Below the pieces are notes generated by a model. That model worked only from the letters and a program-made list of their open reading frames with translations. It was not told where the DNA came from and ran no database searches. From positions 65,348,001 to 65,412,000 of the forward strand of contig NW_024704745.1 in the NCBI RefSeq assembly GCF_018977255.1: a stretch of 64,000 nt of DNA, given 5' to 3'. Position 1 is the stretch's first letter, and each line of letters starts with the position of its first letter. This DNA comes from Callorhinchus milii. Lineage: Eukaryota. The position numbers and the translations under genes were made by a program. Shown here in pieces: positions 61,501 to 64,000 of the stretch.

Positions 61501-62053
61501 TTCTTTGCTGATCTATTCACAAATAGGTGATCTGTAGCATTATCTGCCCAAATTAACTCGTCTCTTTATTCTAATATAGATAACACTGGAACAAGTCTCT
61601 TCATTTGAAAATGTGTTGGTGCTGACATTAAAATACATTATGTTGAGTAGGATCTCTCAAAAAATTATTTAATGGGATAGTCTGACCCTATGTAAATGCT
61701 GGCAGTACTTCTGTAAGTTGCTTGACTCAATATTTAAATAGGATTTCTCCTGTTTGACTGCGAAAGTCAGATTTAATAAGGTAGGGCATTTTTTTTCAAT
61801 GGTATGTTAAAGTATGCTAGAAATATTCCTTTCATATTTGAGCTGTATTTTAACTTTTTTTCATTTTTCTGAACATGTTCATGGTGAAGTGAAGTATTTT
61901 TCTACTTTCATCTTTGAGGGAATTGCATTTTGTGACTGCTGTTTGACACTCTTGTGTAAAGTGTAATCCAGATTATTTATTTTATATTATATACATGTTT
62001 TTTTTACATAATATTTCTGATAATATATAATTTTTCCTCCTCTGCCATTTTTC

Positions 62054-63095
62054 AAGAATATTACAGCACAGAAGGAGGCCAATTGGTCCATCGTGCCTTT
62101 GCCGGCTCTTTGAAAGAGCTATTAACTTGTCCCACTCGCCCACTCTTACCCCATAGCCCTGCAGTTTTTTCCTTTTTAAGTACCTATCCAATTCCCTTTT
62201 AAAAACTATTATCCAATCTGCTTCTCCACCCTTTCAGGCAGTGCATTGTAGACTGTAACAACTCCCTGAGTAAAAAAACTCTCCTCGTCGCCTCGTCTCC
62301 TCACTGGTTCTTTTGCCAATTATCTTAAATCTATGTCCTCTGGTTACCGACCCATCCACCAAACGAAACAGTTTCTCCCTATCTACTGTATCAAAACCCC
62401 TCATAATTTTGAACACATATTAAAGCTCCCCTCAACCTTCTCTGCTCTAAGGAGAATAATCCCAGCCTCTCTAGTCTCTCCACATAATTGTAGTCCCTCA
62501 TCCCTGTATCACTTTTTTAAATCTCCTATGCACCTTCTCCACGTCCCTGACATCTGTCCTAAACTGAGGTGCCAAGAATTGGACACAATGCTACAGCTGA
62601 GGCGTAAACGGCAACTTGTAAAGGTTCAACATAACTTCCTTGCTCTTGTACTCTGTCTCCATTTATAAAGCCAACAACAGCAACTTGCATTTATATAGCA
62701 CACTTCACTGCGGGCAGCGTCTTGGAGCTTCACATTCCATATGCTTTTTTAACAGTTTTGTAAACTTGTCCTGCCACCTTCAAAGATTTGTATATATAAA
62801 CCCAGAGGTCTCTCTGTTCCTGCTTCCCCTTTAAACTTGTATCATTTATCATATTTTGCCTCTTCTCATTCCTCCTCCCGAAATGCAACACTTCACACTT
62901 CTCTTCATTAAATTCAATCTGCCATGTGTCTGTCCATTTCACCAGTCTGTCTATGTCCTCCTGCAGTCTGCTACTATCTCCTCGCTGTTTACTACATTTC
63001 TTTGGGTCACCTGTGAACTTTAAAATTTTGCTCTCCTATACGTAAGTCAAAGTCATTAATGTATATTAAAAAGAGCAGTAGTCCTAATACCAACC
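62054..63095 (-). mobile_element. CR1 LINE 3' fragment (family of 973-2263) with a nested L2-type tail at ~62672-62733
   Basis: WTDTWQIEFNEEKCEVLHFG; FKIMRGFDTVDREKLF...TRGHRFKI. Confidence 0.92.
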
Positions 63096-63736
63096 ATTTT
63101 GGCTCCCAATTTTCTCTCCTTCCCTATCCTGAACGTGTTTGATCTCTTTTCCTTTCACTTGAGTGCAGGTGCTGTTTTCCCTTATTACATTGGCCAAGTG
63201 GATTATTTATTTGTCAGTCTCAACTGTGAATATTAGCAGGCTCTTCAATTATTGGGCCAATCCTGTCCTGACTCCCAATGTTCACATATGCATACCTTGC
63301 AGTGTTTAGGAGCAGGAATCCTGGTTAGTGTTCCATCCTTAACTATAGAGAGTTAAGGTCAACTGTACCGGCCCACTAAGATGAATTGAAAGTTTCATTT
63401 TGTGAATATCAGATTGTAAATTAACGGTGAGGATGACAAATCGCAGGCCATCAGAGGCCAGTTGGGAAAATTGCTGAATATTGCATTGTAGATAGACCCT
63501 ATTCTTACGGGTGTCACCTGGCAGTCACACTTCATCCATACGAGTAAAAGATTTATTTAAGCTCTCTAGAATTTATTTTTAAAAAATCTTATGAATGGCA
63601 TACAGCTACCTTTGAAGATAATGTTTTGGAAAGTGTCTCACTCCAGTCATAACCTCTGCAGCTCTGTGTGGTTATGCTTACACTTTTATGCTGTTTTGAT
63701 TATGCTAAATGCATGTTTTCATACTGAAGAAAAAAT

Positions 63737-63900
63737 GATAATAATAATTTTACATTTAATAAAGCGCTTTTCACGGTCTTCTAGACGTCTCAAAGTACTT
63801 CACAGAATATGCTGTAAAGTGAAATGACTGTATATTTGTGGGCAAAACGCGGCAGCCAATTGCACACAGCAGTGTCCCACAAACAGTCTTGGATTGAAAT
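63737..63900 (-). mobile_element. Young SINE 3' half
   Basis: ataataataatttt...gcagccaattgcacacagcagtgtcccacaaacagtc. Confidence 0.88.
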
Positions 63901-64000
63901 CAATGAAAAGCATGCCACGTGCTATGATTCTTTATGGGAAGAACATATGGGGAAGCACAAAGTGAATAGGAGTGGCCTGTGCCAACTGAGCGAGCACGCA

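Noticed and set aside
8501-63900. Antisense excess among young SINEs (about 12 minus versus 7 plus)
   Set aside because: Too few copies to distinguish from chance
1-64000. CRISPR arrays, operons, prokaryotic or viral systems
   Set aside because: Sequence is eukaryotic intron-exon DNA; no regularly spaced repeat-spacer array or viral ORF seen

Overview
Vertebrate genomic DNA, most likely from a cartilaginous fish and plausibly a holocephalan such as elephant shark. This is inferred from the Deu-type tRNA SINEs and the CR1/L2 LINE landscape. The window lies entirely inside one + strand gene, the DEAD-box RNA helicase DDX10 (yeast Dbp4 orthologue). Eleven internal coding exons (equivalent to human exons 3-13, positions 319-28579) can be read with AG/GT boundaries and consistent phases. 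They are followed by more than 35 kb of one long intron with no further recognisable exon. The introns are dense in repeats: about 20 copies of a young tRNA-headed SINE in three structural variants, older full Deu-domain SINEs, CR1 and L2 fragments, and an unclassified ~450 bp repeat family. Nearly all ORFs in the supplied track are spurious or retroelement remnants. I cannot support a new multi-gene system here. The best second-look items are a candidate intronic C/D snoRNA, a G-U-biased 66-nt hairpin, a decayed duplicate of exon 12, a 293-bp perfect-identity tract between two otherwise ~10% diverged CR1 copies, an inverted SINE pair flanking in-frame exons 7-9 (circRNA prediction), a near-perfect 61-bp palindrome, and several CNE-like blocks. 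Repeat boundaries are approximate; exon boundaries were counted to the base.
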